DNA from: Candidatus Kapaibacterium sp.
GTDB lineage: Bacteria; Bacteroidota; Ignavibacteria; Kapaibacteriales; UBA2268
Assembly: GCA_032027125.1 (NCBI GenBank)
Contig: JAVSMQ010000001.1
Coordinates: 1,234,242 to 1,294,528, forward strand
Length of the DNA stretch: 60,287 bases
Direction of reading: 5' to 3'
Position numbers and translations under genes: made by a program. The notes below the pieces were generated by a model. The model had not been told where the DNA came from, ran no database searches, and was given only the letters and a program-made list of their open reading frames with translations. Shown here one piece after another: positions 1-10,129 of the stretch. Each line of letters starts with the position of its first letter. Position 1 is the stretch's first letter.

Positions 1-421
1 TTGCAATTGTCCCGCCAACTGCAAATAACGCAAGTCCATATACAGAACTGTCCGCCAGCATATCCAAACTGTCGGCAACCAAGCCCATCGAATATGATAT
101 AATGCCTGTCAACATCTCGATTACAAAAAATGAGAAGTTGATTAATAATACTGCAATTATAATTTTCTTCTCACGGTTTTGATTATCAATGGTCGGAAAA
201 TTATCAATTGGAACTGATGAAAGTATTGATGTATCAAACTTCAATGTGTCAAGCTGCTGGAAAATTTGCGAATTATCACCCGTATGTACAACCTGCAAAA
301 GCCTTTTATCCAGGTCAAATTCCAATGATTGAATATTTTTCAATTCATCAAGTCTCATCCGAATTATTTGTTCTTCGGAAGGGCAGTCCATTTTTGATAT
401 TTTAAATATAGTTTTGTTCAT
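1..421 (-). CDS. Cation transporter (CDF-like) with N-terminal heavy-metal-binding (HMA-like) domain; runs off the window edge
   Basis: Manual translation from ATG at 421: MNKTIFKISKMDCPSEEQIIRMRL...IIIAVLLINFSFFVIEMLTGIISYSMGLVADSLDMLADSSVYGLALFAVGG. MDCPSE metal motif plus the S..L.ADSLDML.D CDF-type TM motif. Not in the ORF track because it is truncated. Confidence 0.85.
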   Translation of the reverse strand, partial: MNKTIFKISKMDCPSEEQIIRMRLDELKNIQSLEFDLDKRLLQVVHTGDNSQIFQQLDTLKFDTSILSSVPIDNFPTIDNQNREKKIIIAVLLINFSFFVIEMLTGIISYSMGLVADSLDMLADSSVYGLALFAVGGTIA

Positions 422-801
422 ATCTGATTATTATTCATTGAATTTTCACACCAGTCTCCGGGAAGAGTTTTAATGTTTAATATTTTAGGATTTTTCATAG
501 ATATTGTCTGCCTTTTAATATTATACCAAACTTGCTTATCTAAATACTCTCAAAATTGATTTACAAAATTAATACAATTCTGCCGTTTCATCAAAAAATA
601 ATGTTTAACATTTTCATTGATTGGGAATATTTCAATGGTGGATGATATTTTTCATTTTGTACATGACATCCCATTGAGAGTGTATTGTCTTAATGTATCT
701 CTTATTATAATACTTATCATTACCCATAAGTAACATTTAAAAATGTTTAATTTAAAGTAACAGTTTATATTTTTATACTCACGGTTGAAACTAAAATCTC
801 G

Positions 802-1095
802 ATGGTCAGAGCAATTGACACGGTAATCAGAGCAATTGACGCGATGGTCAGAGCAATTGACACGGTGGTCAGAGTAATTGACACGGTGGTCAGAGTAATT
901 GACACGCTGGTTGGAGCAATTGACGCGATGGTCAAAGCAATTGACACGGTGGTTGGAGCAATTGACACGGTGGTCGGAGCAATTGACACGGTGGTCAGAA
1001 CAATTGACACGGTGGTCAGAGCAATTGACGCGATGGTCAGTGCAATTGACACGGTGGTCAGTGCAATTGACACGGTGGTCAGAGTTAATGACAAA
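802..1095. repeat. Tandem array A: about 14 copies of a 21-bp unit (gtggtcagagcaattgacacg)
   Basis: Directly visible periodicity; translates to heptads VVRAIDT / SEQLTRW / SDHRVNC in different frames. Confidence 0.97.
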
Positions 1096-1098
1096 CAT

Positions 1099-1350
1099 CT
1101 TTAGCTTCAACCACCCAAGTTTTAGTATCAACCACCCAAGTTTTTGTATCAACCATCCAAGTTTTTGTATCAACCATCCAAGTTTTTGTATCAACCATCC
1201 AAGTTTTTGTATCAACCATCCAAGTTTTTGTATCAACCACCCAAGTTTTTGTATCAACCATCCAAGTTTTTGTATCAACCATCCAAGTTTTTGTATCAAC
1301 CATCCAAGTTTTTCAATCTACCACTCAGGTTTTTCCGCAAATCACCCAAG
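1099..1350. repeat. Tandem array B: about 12 copies of a 21-bp unit (ttttgtatcaaccatccaagt), degenerate at both ends
   Basis: Directly visible; heptads FCINHPS / LYQPSKF / IQKLGWL in different frames. Confidence 0.97.
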
Positions 1351-1638
1351 TTTTTTCGCATTACAAAATATCGTAGCTTATTTATATTTAAATATTTTCA
1401 AAATTGTATCAAAAATCAAGGAAGTTATGGGACATGATAAGTTTTTTAATACGGACTTCAATATTTTTTTAAATCCATAGATAAATAACTATTTAAGCAA
1501 ATATGAATAGTCAACTTGTAAAATATGTGAATTATATAACATAAATTAATTTAGTTGTAACAAAGTATGTTGCATAAAGCCTTACCTTTGAACAATTAAA
1601 AATATCAAAATTTTTTAAACTCAAAAGAGGACTTTACT

Positions 1639-2232
1639 TTGAAGAAATGTAAGTGTTTGCTTATTGCTGCACTGGTATTATTTCCGTTTTTGTTTGTGAG
1701 TATGCAGGCACAGACAGGACAGATTAACCGAAACGTTATCGGTTCGGGGGGTATGGTTGGTACCGTTAATGCAAATGGCTCAATAATCAGTAGTCAAACC
1801 GGTCAGTTTGCAATTTATAGTTTATTAAATTCCACACAGGGCTCTGCAAATTATTATTTAAATCAGGGGTTTTGGATTCCTGCACCCGTGATAGGAACAG
1901 ATGTTAAGGAGGAGTTTGGGACGACAAATAAGGATTTGTTTAATTACCCAAATCCTGTTACAATGAATACTACATTTGAATTTAACCTAAATGCATCATC
2001 ACATATTACTTTAAAAGTATTTGATATGATGGGAAATGAAGTTAAATTGTTGTTGGACGAATTTAGGACTTCGGGTTTACAGAAAATAGATTGGGATACA
2101 AAAGGTGACAATGGATTAGAATTACCTGCAGGTTCATATTTGTATGAAGTGCAGATTCACGCAACTGATATCACCGGTGCCGGCTCTTTTAGCAGCTATG
2201 CACTTAGAAATATTATGATTATAGTTAGGTAA
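1639..2232 (+). CDS. Small secreted protein with T9SS type A sorting (FlgD-like Ig) C-terminal domain
   Basis: Signal peptide, VIGSGG...GQ...LNQGFW N-domain, NYPNP...LKVFDMMG.EV...WD...G.ELPAGSYLY CTD; TTG start after AGAGGA. Confidence 0.85.
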   Translation: MKKCKCLLIAALVLFPFLFVSMQAQTGQINRNVIGSGGMVGTVNANGSIISSQTGQFAIYSLLNSTQGSANYYLNQGFWIPAPVIGTDVKEEFGTTNKDLFNYPNPVTMNTTFEFNLNASSHITLKVFDMMGNEVKLLLDEFRTSGLQKIDWDTKGDNGLELPAGSYLYEVQIHATDITGAGSFSSYALRNIMIIVR

Positions 2233-2281
2233 TCATGAAAACAAACAAATTTTTTGTATCATTATCAATGAGTATTTCATT

Positions 2282-5200
2282 ATGAAAAAATTATTATTTA
2301 TAAGTCTTGTAATAATATCTTTGTTTATAACTCAAATGAGTATTTTTGCTCAAACGAGATTTATCAGCTATCAGGGCAATATCCTTGATCAACAGGAAAA
2401 GCCATTTGTGGGTACCCATCAAATGACTTTCGAAATGTACGATAGAGAGTTTGGGGGGAATCAGATTTGGAGCGAAATACAGAACGTAGCGTTCTTTAAT
2501 GGTTATTTCAATGTTTACCTTGGTTCAACCACTCCATTTAATCAATCATTTAATTTTAACCGTGAAATTTGGCTTCAGGTAACTGTCGGTAATTCTGTTC
2601 CTTATACGAGAACGAATTTGACAATGGTTCCTTCATCATTTTTCGCACAAAAATCGGCATTATCCGGTATAGCAGATTCAGTTGTTTTGAAAGCTATCAG
2701 GATAGAAAATTTGGCTGATGAAGTTATCACGATGGGTGGAGATTTAACCGGATTTTTACCAAATCCGAAAATTAGAGCCGGAGCTTTACTGGAAAGCATT
2801 GCTGACGGTTCAATTACTCAGAAAATGCTTTCGCCGAATGTTACTACCAGACCAAGTGGACCGGCAAGCGGAGATTTGACAGGATTTTATCCTGACCCTG
2901 TTATTGCAAAGGGAGCTGTTAAGACAGACCGTATCTTTGACAGAGCCGTTACTTATGAGAAGCTACAAGATGCTTTGGGTCCCATTGGAACTATGATTAG
3001 ATGGGATGGTACTAAATGGGTGGAAACATTAATTGGTGATTGGGAGAGAGGAAGACTTTCTGATGTCAAAGGTATTGATGGATTATATGCCACTACTGTT
3101 GCAGACTCAAACAATTTCCTCACTACCAGTGTTGGTATGCTTGATAATGGCGTTACAAGCAGCAAAATTGCCGATAGAGCAGTTACATATAATAAATTGC
3201 AAAATGCTGCCGGATTAGCCGGTACATTTTTAGCATGGAACGGAACAAATTGGGTTGAATCTTCTATATCACAGTGGGAAGCTGACGGTGTAATCGGTAA
3301 TGAGATTCTCAATGCTACACCAAACCGTGGTTTAGTAAGAGCCGGTGCAGGTACTTCTGCAAGCCCCTACACTTTGGGTATTGATCCAAACGGCAATTTC
3401 ACAGCAGGAATAATTACTGCTAATTTAATTGGTAATGCTACAACTGCAACAAGTACAGTTAATTTCACAGGCAATCTTGCAGGTGATGTAACAGGTCCGA
3501 TGGGTGCTACCGTTATTGGTGCTAACAAAATAGTAACAGGAATGATAGTTGACGGTACTGTACTTCCGGCTGATCTTTCAACAGGAATTTATGGAATAGA
3601 TATTTCCGGCAATGCTGCGACTGCTACAATATCCACGAATTCTACAAATGCTGTTAACTTCACAGGTAATCTTGCAGGTGATGTAACAGGTCCGATGGGT
3701 GCTACAGTTATTGGTTCAAACAAAATTGTAACAGGAATGATAGTTGACGGTACAGTCCTTCCGGCTGATCTTTCAGCAGGAGTATATGCAATTGACATTT
3801 CAGGAAATGCTGCTACTGCTACTTTATCAACTAATTCAACAAATGCTGTAAATTTCACAGGCAATCTTGCCGGTGATGTAACCGGTCCAATGGGTGCTAC
3901 AGTTATTGGTTCAAACAAAATTGTAACAGGAATGATAGTTGATGGTACAGTACTTCCGGCGGATCTTTCAGCAGGAACTTATGCAATTGATATATCAGGA
4001 AATGCTGCTACTGCTACTTTATCAACCAACTCTACAAATGCTGTGAACTTCACAGGCAATCTTGCCGGTGATGTAACCGGTCCAATGGGTGCTACAGTAA
4101 TCGGTGCAAACACAATTGAAACAGGAATGATTGTTGATGGTACTGTACTTCCGGTTGATCTTTCAGCAGGAATATATGCAATTGACATATCAGGTAATGC
4201 GGCTACTGCTACATTATCAACCAATTCAACAAATGCAGTTAATTTCACAGGCAATCTTGCCGGTGATGTAACCGGTCCGATGGGCGCTACAGTAATTGGT
4301 GCAAACACTTTAGTAACAGGAATGATTGTTGACGGTACAGTCCTTCCCGCTGACCTTTCAGCAGGAGTATATGCAATTGACATTTCAGGCAATGCAGCTA
4401 CTGCTACTAATTCAACAAATGCCGTAAACGCAGTTAATTTCACAGGCAATCTTGCAGGTGATGTAACCGGTCCGATGGGTGCTACAGTAATCGGTGCAAA
4501 TAAAATAGTAACGGGAATGATTGTTGACGGTACAGTACTTCCGGCTGATCTTTCAGCAGGTACTTATGCTATTGACATTTCAGGCAATGCTGCTACTGCT
4601 ACTTTATCAACTAATTCTACAAACGCTGTAAACTTCACAGGCAATCTTGCCGGTGATGTAACCGGTCCAATGGGCGCTACAGTAATTGGTGCTAATAAAA
4701 TAGTAACAGGTATGATTCTTGACGGAACAGTACTTCCGGCTGATCTATCAGCAGGAACTTATGCAATTGATATATCAGGCAATGCGGCGACTGCTACTTT
4801 ATCAACAAATTCTACTAATGCTGTTAATGCAGTTAATTTCACAGGCAATCTTGCCGGTGATGTAACCGGTCCGATGGGTGCAACTGTTATTGGTGCAAAT
4901 ACAATAGTAACAGGAATGATTGTTGATGGTACAGTACTTCCAGCTGATCTTTCAGCAGGAACTTATGCAATTGACATATCAGGCAATGCTGCTACTGCTA
5001 CTAATTCTTCAAACTTCACAGGCAATCTTGTAGGTGATGTAACCGGTCCAATGGGCGCTACAGTTATTGGTGCTAATAAAATAGTAACAGGAATGATAGT
5101 TGATGGTACAGTACTTCCGGCTGATCTTTCAGCAGGAACTTATGCAATTGACATTTCAGGCAATGCAGCTACTGCTACTTTGTCAGCTAATTCAACAAAT

Positions 5201-6745
5201 GCTGTAAATGCTGTAAACTTCACAGGCAATCTTGCCGGTGATGTAACAGGTCCAATGGGCGCTACAGTAATTGGTGCAAACACAATAGTAACAGGAATGA
5301 TTGTTGACGGTACAGTACTTCCAGCTGATCTTTCAGCAGGAACTTATGCAATTGACATATCTGGAAATGCTGCTACTGCTACTTTATCCACCAATTCTAC
5401 AAATGCTGTAAATGCAGTAAACTTCACAGGCAATCTTGCCGGTGATGTAACCGGTCCGATGGGTGCTACAGTAATTGGTACAAACAAAATAGTAACAGGT
5501 ATGATAGTTGACGGAACAGTACTTCCGGCTGACCTATCAGCAGGTACTTATGGAATAGATATTTCCGGCAATGCTGCTACTGCTACTTTATCAACCAACT
5601 CTACAAATGCTGTGAACTTCACAGGCAATCTTGCAGGTGATGTAACCGGTCCGATGGGTGCAACAGTAATCGGTGCTAACAAAATAGTAACAGGAATGAT
5701 TCTTGACGGTACAGTACTTCCGGCTGATCTTTCAGCAGGTACTTATGCAATTGATATATCAGGAAATGCTGCTACTGCTACTTTGTCAGCTAATTCTACA
5801 AATGCTGTAAACGCAGTTAATGCTGTAAATTTCACAGGCAATCTTGCCGGTGATGTAACAGGTCCAATGGGCGCTACAGTAATCGGTGCAAATAAAATAG
5901 TAACGGGAATGATTGTTGACGGAACAGTACTTCCTGCAGATTTATCGGCAGGTACTTATGCAATTGATATATCAGGCAATGCAGCAACAGCTACATTGGC
6001 AGCAAATTCAACAAATGCAACCAACGCAGTAAACTTCACAGGCAATCTTGCAGGTGATGTAACAGGTCCGATGGGTGCAACAGTAATTGGTGCAAACACA
6101 ATAGTAACAGGAATGATTGTTGACGGAACAGTACTTCCTGCAGATTTATCGGCAGGAACTTATGCAATTGACATATCAGGTAATGCTGCTACAGCTACTT
6201 TGTCAACTAATTCAACAAATGCTGTTAAAGCAACAAATTTAATTGGAGCAGGTTCGACAACAAATGCAGTTGATTTACAAACTGCTGAAGTAGCCGGCTC
6301 ATTAGCAGATGCGAATGTTGACAATAATTTGACAATTGATGCCGGAACTATCAATAATACCCCAATAGGTTCTGTTACGCCGAGCACAGCTGCATTTACT
6401 TCAGCCGTCATATCAAATAATTCAGCAGTTACACCTACACTATTAATATCAAATGCTGATGTTTCTGATGCAAGCGTAGCTTTAAGATTAAATGGCGGTG
6501 CTATCGTTTTGAAAACAGTTGATGCAGCCGGCGTTGCAGATTTATCAAATTATGGATATGCAAATATTATTAAAATCAATACTGCACCTACTGCACTTCC
6601 AATAGGAGTAGAAGGACAAATAATACATATATATAACTATGCAGTTGGTGCTTTGACTTTTGCGGGTGTTTCAGTTGCCCCTTCTAAAATATTTACATTT
6701 GTATGGATAGGTGGAGCTGTTAACGCCTGGATAGAAGTTCTCTAA
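2282..6745 (+). CDS. Large secreted fibre/adhesin-like protein with 14 tandem ~65-aa repeats
   Basis: Signal peptide, ISYQG.I.D...WSE.Q...GYFNVYLG N-domain, repeats NFTGNLAGDVTGPMGATVIGANKIVTGMIVDGTVLPADLSAGTYAIDISGNAATAT; variation between repeats is mostly synonymous. Confidence 0.85.
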   Translation: MKKLLFISLVIISLFITQMSIFAQTRFISYQGNILDQQEKPFVGTHQMTFEMYDREFGGNQIWSEIQNVAFFNGYFNVYLGSTTPFNQSFNFNREIWLQVTVGNSVPYTRTNLTMVPSSFFAQKSALSGIADSVVLKAIRIENLADEVITMGGDLTGFLPNPKIRAGALLESIADGSITQKMLSPNVTTRPSGPASGDLTGFYPDPVIAKGAVKTDRIFDRAVTYEKLQDALGPIGTMIRWDGTKWVETLIGDWERGRLSDVKGIDGLYATTVADSNNFLTTSVGMLDNGVTSSKIADRAVTYNKLQNAAGLAGTFLAWNGTNWVESSISQWEADGVIGNEILNATPNRGLVRAGAGTSASPYTLGIDPNGNFTAGIITANLIGNATTATSTVNFTGNLAGDVTGPMGATVIGANKIVTGMIVDGTVLPADLSTGIYGIDISGNAATATISTNSTNAVNFTGNLAGDVTGPMGATVIGSNKIVTGMIVDGTVLPADLSAGVYAIDISGNAATATLSTNSTNAVNFTGNLAGDVTGPMGATVIGSNKIVTGMIVDGTVLPADLSAGTYAIDISGNAATATLSTNSTNAVNFTGNLAGDVTGPMGATVIGANTIETGMIVDGTVLPVDLSAGIYAIDISGNAATATLSTNSTNAVNFTGNLAGDVTGPMGATVIGANTLVTGMIVDGTVLPADLSAGVYAIDISGNAATATNSTNAVNAVNFTGNLAGDVTGPMGATVIGANKIVTGMIVDGTVLPADLSAGTYAIDISGNAATATLSTNSTNAVNFTGNLAGDVTGPMGATVIGANKIVTGMILDGTVLPADLSAGTYAIDISGNAATATLSTNSTNAVNAVNFTGNLAGDVTGPMGATVIGANTIVTGMIVDGTVLPADLSAGTYAIDISGNAATATNSSNFTGNLVGDVTGPMGATVIGANKIVTGMIVDGTVLPADLSAGTYAIDISGNAATATLSANSTNAVNAVNFTGNLAGDVTGPMGATVIGANTIVTGMIVDGTVLPADLSAGTYAIDISGNAATATLSTNSTNAVNAVNFTGNLAGDVTGPMGATVIGTNKIVTGMIVDGTVLPADLSAGTYGIDISGNAATATLSTNSTNAVNFTGNLAGDVTGPMGATVIGANKIVTGMILDGTVLPADLSAGTYAIDISGNAATATLSANSTNAVNAVNAVNFTGNLAGDVTGPMGATVIGANKIVTGMIVDGTVLPADLSAGTYAIDISGNAATATLAANSTNATNAVNFTGNLAGDVTGPMGATVIGANTIVTGMIVDGTVLPADLSAGTYAIDISGNAATATLSTNSTNAVKATNLIGAGSTTNAVDLQTAEVAGSLADANVDNNLTIDAGTINNTPIGSVTPSTAAFTSAVISNNSAVTPTLLISNADVSDASVALRLNGGAIVLKTVDAAGVADLSNYGYANIIKINTAPTALPIGVEGQIIHIYNYAVGALTFAGVSVAPSKIFTFVWIGGAVNAWIEVL
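3461..6227 (+). repeat. Intragenic tandem repeat, 14 units of about 177-213 bp (mode 195 bp)
   Basis: 14 occurrences of NFTGNL(A/V)GDVTGP; unit length varies in steps of 9 bp. Confidence 0.95.
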
Positions 6746-6801
6746 GATTAACATTACATAACAATTTACTATAACTAATTATAAGAAACACAAAATATAA
6801 T

Positions 6802-6838
6802 AGGGGTTGTACCGGAACTGGTACAATCCCTTTTTTTT
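6802..6838 (+). terminator. Intrinsic terminator after the fibre gene
   Basis: aggggttgtacc-ggaact-ggtacaatccct hairpin followed by a T run. Confidence 0.85.
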
Positions 6839-7084
6839 GAATTTTAGCTGTATGTCAATTGAGAAATTTATTTTGAAATTTTGTGTAGCAATACAGTTTT
6901 CAGATGATTTTTTGGGAATACATCAGAGAGGATTCAACAAGTCATTAGGACCTTTCTTTAAAATGCTTTACGATTCAAAGAATTAATTATGCTCATATAT
7001 AAGAAGATAAATCCGGTTATTTATTGAAAATGCCAAATTGATAATCAAAGTTGATAACTAAACTCCATTTATCAAACAAAACTT

Positions 7085-7753
7085 TTATTTTAATTCAGTT
7101 TGGGCAGTATTTGTAATTCCAAATAAATCGTATGGTTTTTCCACAAATTTATCATTGAATAAATAAACAGTAAGGACAATATAAGCAATAAAACCCAATA
7201 CAATAACCAACTGTGCAAAACTGGTTTTTTGAATATTCTGTCTGTCTTTTATTACGCAGACTTCTCCCGGGCAGTATTGGGCTTTTTCTTTATAAATCAA
7301 AGAATATACTTTACAGCCGATACATATACCGAAAGCAGATTCAAAAAACAGAAATACCAAGCAAATTAAACAGATAATACCGGTAACAGGGCTGAATGAA
7401 TTTACTACTACCTGAAGAATTAACATTGTAAATGCCAAAACAATACCGATAATCCAGGCAAACTTTTTTTGCTGTGCACCGACATACTCCGGTACCTGAT
7501 TACGAACTATCCAACGACCTAGGATCAAAGATGGTGCGAATTTCGGATTTATAAATACTCGGATTAGAATATCAGTCAGAAAGATTACTATTGCATACTT
7601 AAGAAATGTGAAATCCTGATGCCCTCCTGCCTGATTTATAGCGATGAACATCATTACAAACAAAATACCTGCTCCTGCTCTGATTTCACGTTCATTTAAC
7701 ACGGGTATGTTATACCCTTCGACATTTTCACCGAATTGAAATATTTTTTCCAT
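7085..7753 (-). CDS. DUF4395-family membrane protein
   Basis: LNEREIRAGAGILF, PEYVGAQQKKFAW, FESAFGICIGCKVY motifs. Confidence 0.8.
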   Translation of the reverse strand: MEKIFQFGENVEGYNIPVLNEREIRAGAGILFVMMFIAINQAGGHQDFTFLKYAIVIFLTDILIRVFINPKFAPSLILGRWIVRNQVPEYVGAQQKKFAWIIGIVLAFTMLILQVVVNSFSPVTGIICLICLVFLFFESAFGICIGCKVYSLIYKEKAQYCPGEVCVIKDRQNIQKTSFAQLVIVLGFIAYIVLTVYLFNDKFVEKPYDLFGITNTAQTELK

Positions 7754-7837
7754 TTTTTGTTTTCCTAAAAAGTGTTATTTTAAAAAACTGTTATTAATAA
7801 ACTTTGTTAAAATCAAGTTATTAAATTTCAATTATAA

Positions 7838-7966
7838 TCATTCAATTTCGCATAAGATATATAATGAATTATAACAGGACATTTCATTGCAACTTTCTTT
7901 AGTTCCTGCCTGCTTTCCGGTTATGACTTTTTCAATAATCTTAGTTTTTGTTGAATCATTTTTCAT
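7838..7966 (-). CDS. Possible 42-aa peptide (MKNDSTKTKII...KESCNEMSCYNSLYILCEIE)
   Basis: Manual translation; ATG start just downstream of a promoter-repeat copy with AGGA upstream; three Cys. Confidence 0.3.
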   Translation of the reverse strand: MKNDSTKTKIIEKVITGKQAGTKESCNEMSCYNSLYILCEIE

Positions 7967-8103
7967 AAAATTGTTCCTAACTCATTTATTTACGTTAACA
8001 AAATAAATAAGTTGCAAGATTATGTAAATATTGATTCCAACAAATAAAAAAATATCCTTTACTTATGAAAAGATACTATAAAACTCAATTTTAGAGGATG
8101 GGA

Positions 8104-8523
8104 TTACTTGAAAATCAAAACAGCAAGTACGACAATAGTCAGACTGATTAATAAAGAAATTTTACCTAGCGGCTCGATTTTTTTCATACTTGTCTCAAAA
8201 TCTCCTTTTTTCGCTTCCTTTGCTTTTATACTTATGACAACAATTATTATTGTTAAAACCAGTACCAATGATAGTTTAGCAATAAGCAGGGGTGTTATGG
8301 ACAGCAAACTCCAATAGGGTGTCATTAAATATCCGCCGGAAAGAATCAACAACGCTAAACCAATGTGTCCCATTTTACTTAATGTCATAACATTTAATCT
8401 GAATTTCTGTGATTCGGTTTTCTCCATTTTTGAAGCTGCAATTCCAAGGAACAAGAAAGCAAAACTTGTTCCGACACCCATTGCCAAGCCAAGAAAATGG
8501 ACTATTAACATAACATTTCTCAT
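8104..8523 (-). CDS. Four-TM membrane protein (CopD/DUF2269-like)
   Basis: HFLGLAMGVG...GLALLILSGG...AKL.LV hydrophobic pattern. Confidence 0.7.
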   Translation of the reverse strand: MRNVMLIVHFLGLAMGVGTSFAFLFLGIAASKMEKTESQKFRLNVMTLSKMGHIGLALLILSGGYLMTPYWSLLSITPLLIAKLSLVLVLTIIIVVISIKAKEAKKGDFETSMKKIEPLGKISLLISLTIVVLAVLIFK

Positions 8524-8784
8524 AATTTTTCTCTCGTATATTTAGTATAATTAAAAATAAAATTAGACAACACAATATTTATCTTTCAAACTCATAATAA
8601 AAGATATGCAAAACTATGAAAATATTGAGAATATACCAAACAAAAAGATGAACATAGCATCATGAAATTTTCTTAGGAGTATATTATATTACGTGGGGTA
8701 GAAAAATAATCAAAAAAAAGTACAAAAATTCAATTAAACATAAGATATAAAATCAAAGTTATTATGTTATTTGAAAACCTCAAT

Positions 8785-8934
8785 TTATGCAATTTTGATT
8801 TTTCCTTCTCTGACTTGCTTTAAGAATATTTTCTGTTCTTCCAAAGTCATATCTACCATTTTTTCAGCAAGTTTTTCCTTGATTAAACGGAAATATTTAA
8901 CTGTGTCAAACTTTTTTTCATTCATTGTTTTCAT
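8785..8934 (-). CDS. Small 49-aa protein of the type found downstream of PIN toxins (orphan antitoxin-like)
   Basis: Manual translation MKTMNEKKFDTVKYFRLIKEKLAEKMVDMTLEEQKIFLKQVREGKIKIA; overlapped by an upstream stub EFHSPKEFINYENNE*. Confidence 0.6.
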   Translation of the reverse strand: MKTMNEKKFDTVKYFRLIKEKLAEKMVDMTLEEQKIFLKQVREGKIKIA

Positions 8935-8989
8935 AATTAATAAACTCCTTAGGTGAATGAAACTCTTATTGAAAGTAACCTTTTTTCAT

Positions 8990-9517
8990 TTATAAAAATG
9001 CACTTTTATTTTTCTTAATATAATCCATGTTTAATGAATTTAAATCATCTTCATAAACAAAGAATTTCTGGTCAAGCTCATCCCAAATCTCATTTGCAAT
9101 TTCTTCAATTAGTGATAGAATCTCTTGTCTTGTAATTCTATCCTTTGGTACAGTTTTATCAGGGAACTGGTCATTTGCTTGTTCGACTAACTTTGCAGTC
9201 TTGTTCGCCCCAATTTTTCTTAATGAATCAATTGTTTCATGAGCAAAATCACCTGCTGAATTAATGTAGAACTGATTAAATCCACCATTATTAATCTCTC
9301 TTTCCAAATTTTGGTTATAGTAAAAATACTTTTGGGGGTCAGTTAATTTATCTAAACAATTACCATATTCACAAAGCTCCGAAATATAATTATTCAGTTC
9401 AATTATACTTCTGTTTATATTATCCGAGTTTATCAACTTATCAATATCAGGTTTTGTATTTCCTGAGTAATCATCTGATTTGACAGAGCCACCAAATATT
9501 TTTTTAAATATATTCAT
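8990..9517 (-). CDS. DUF4375/DMP19-family protein
   Basis: LEREINNGGFNQFYINSAG...L.KIGA...LDQKFF.YE.DL signature; start placed at MNIFKK. Confidence 0.85.
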   Translation of the reverse strand: MNIFKKIFGGSVKSDDYSGNTKPDIDKLINSDNINRSIIELNNYISELCEYGNCLDKLTDPQKYFYYNQNLEREINNGGFNQFYINSAGDFAHETIDSLRKIGANKTAKLVEQANDQFPDKTVPKDRITRQEILSLIEEIANEIWDELDQKFFVYEDDLNSLNMDYIKKNKSAFL

Positions 9518-9604
9518 AATATTCCAGTTTTTTTGGTTGTACATAACTGCTATGTGAAAGAAACGTGGGTTTGCGGACGATTCCGCATTAAGTCACAATG
9601 AAAA

Positions 9605-9859
9605 TTAATCAAATGGTTCTTTGGGAAGTATATTTAAACTTCTAACATATCGCTCATTATCATAAGGCTTATCAAATTTCAAAACATTAAATATCTCAAC
9701 AGCCACACATTGTCCAATCATTTGTTTAGTTTGAAAATCATCAAATCCCTGCTTTAGCAATCTTTCATAAGTTGATATTGTCTCAGGCGGGTCGTTAAGC
9801 CTAAGTTGATTTTCGATTATCTCAAAAATCTTTTCTCTCAATTTTTCATTTGTTTCCAT
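9605..9859 (-). CDS. Conserved hypothetical protein
   Basis: IENQLRLNDPPET..TY.RL...G motif; clean 84-aa ORF. Confidence 0.75.
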   Translation of the reverse strand: METNEKLREKIFEIIENQLRLNDPPETISTYERLLKQGFDDFQTKQMIGQCVAVEIFNVLKFDKPYDNERYVRSLNILPKEPFD

Positions 9860-10046
9860 ATTTCAGAGTTTTATTAGTTTACGAAATATTTCATTTATCT
9901 ATGACCACTCAATAAATATATTTTACAAAATTAGGAAAATATTGAGAATATTCCAAACATAGATTTGATAATTCAGTAAATCTGAATTTTTTCAATTTTC
10001 ATTTGTTTTCACAGAAAGTGTCAGTTTTAATTTCTTTATAAAATCA

Positions 10047-10099
10047 GTAGTGTGCTGAATGTAAGCCTCAGCAGGAGTTACCGGTAATCAGCACACTAC
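10047..10099 (-). terminator. Inverted repeat / likely terminator after the protease gene
   Basis: gtagtgtgctga ... tcagcacactac 12-bp perfect arms. Confidence 0.55.
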
Positions 10100-10129
10100 A
10101 TTAAAAGATAATTGTATAATGAAGTGGTT

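Noticed and set aside
208-405. 65-aa plus-strand ORF
   Set aside because: Antisense to the clearly recognisable cation transporter.
802-1350. CRISPR array
   Set aside because: Units are contiguous with no unique spacers, and no cas genes are in the window.
652-1480. Six overlapping ORFs across the 21-bp arrays
   Set aside because: Frames stay open only because the unit length is a multiple of three; no frame can be singled out as coding from sequence alone.
2602-6411. Minus-strand ORFs inside the fibre gene
   Set aside because: Antisense shadows of a repetitive coding strand; the same applies to the many short antisense ORFs inside other genes.
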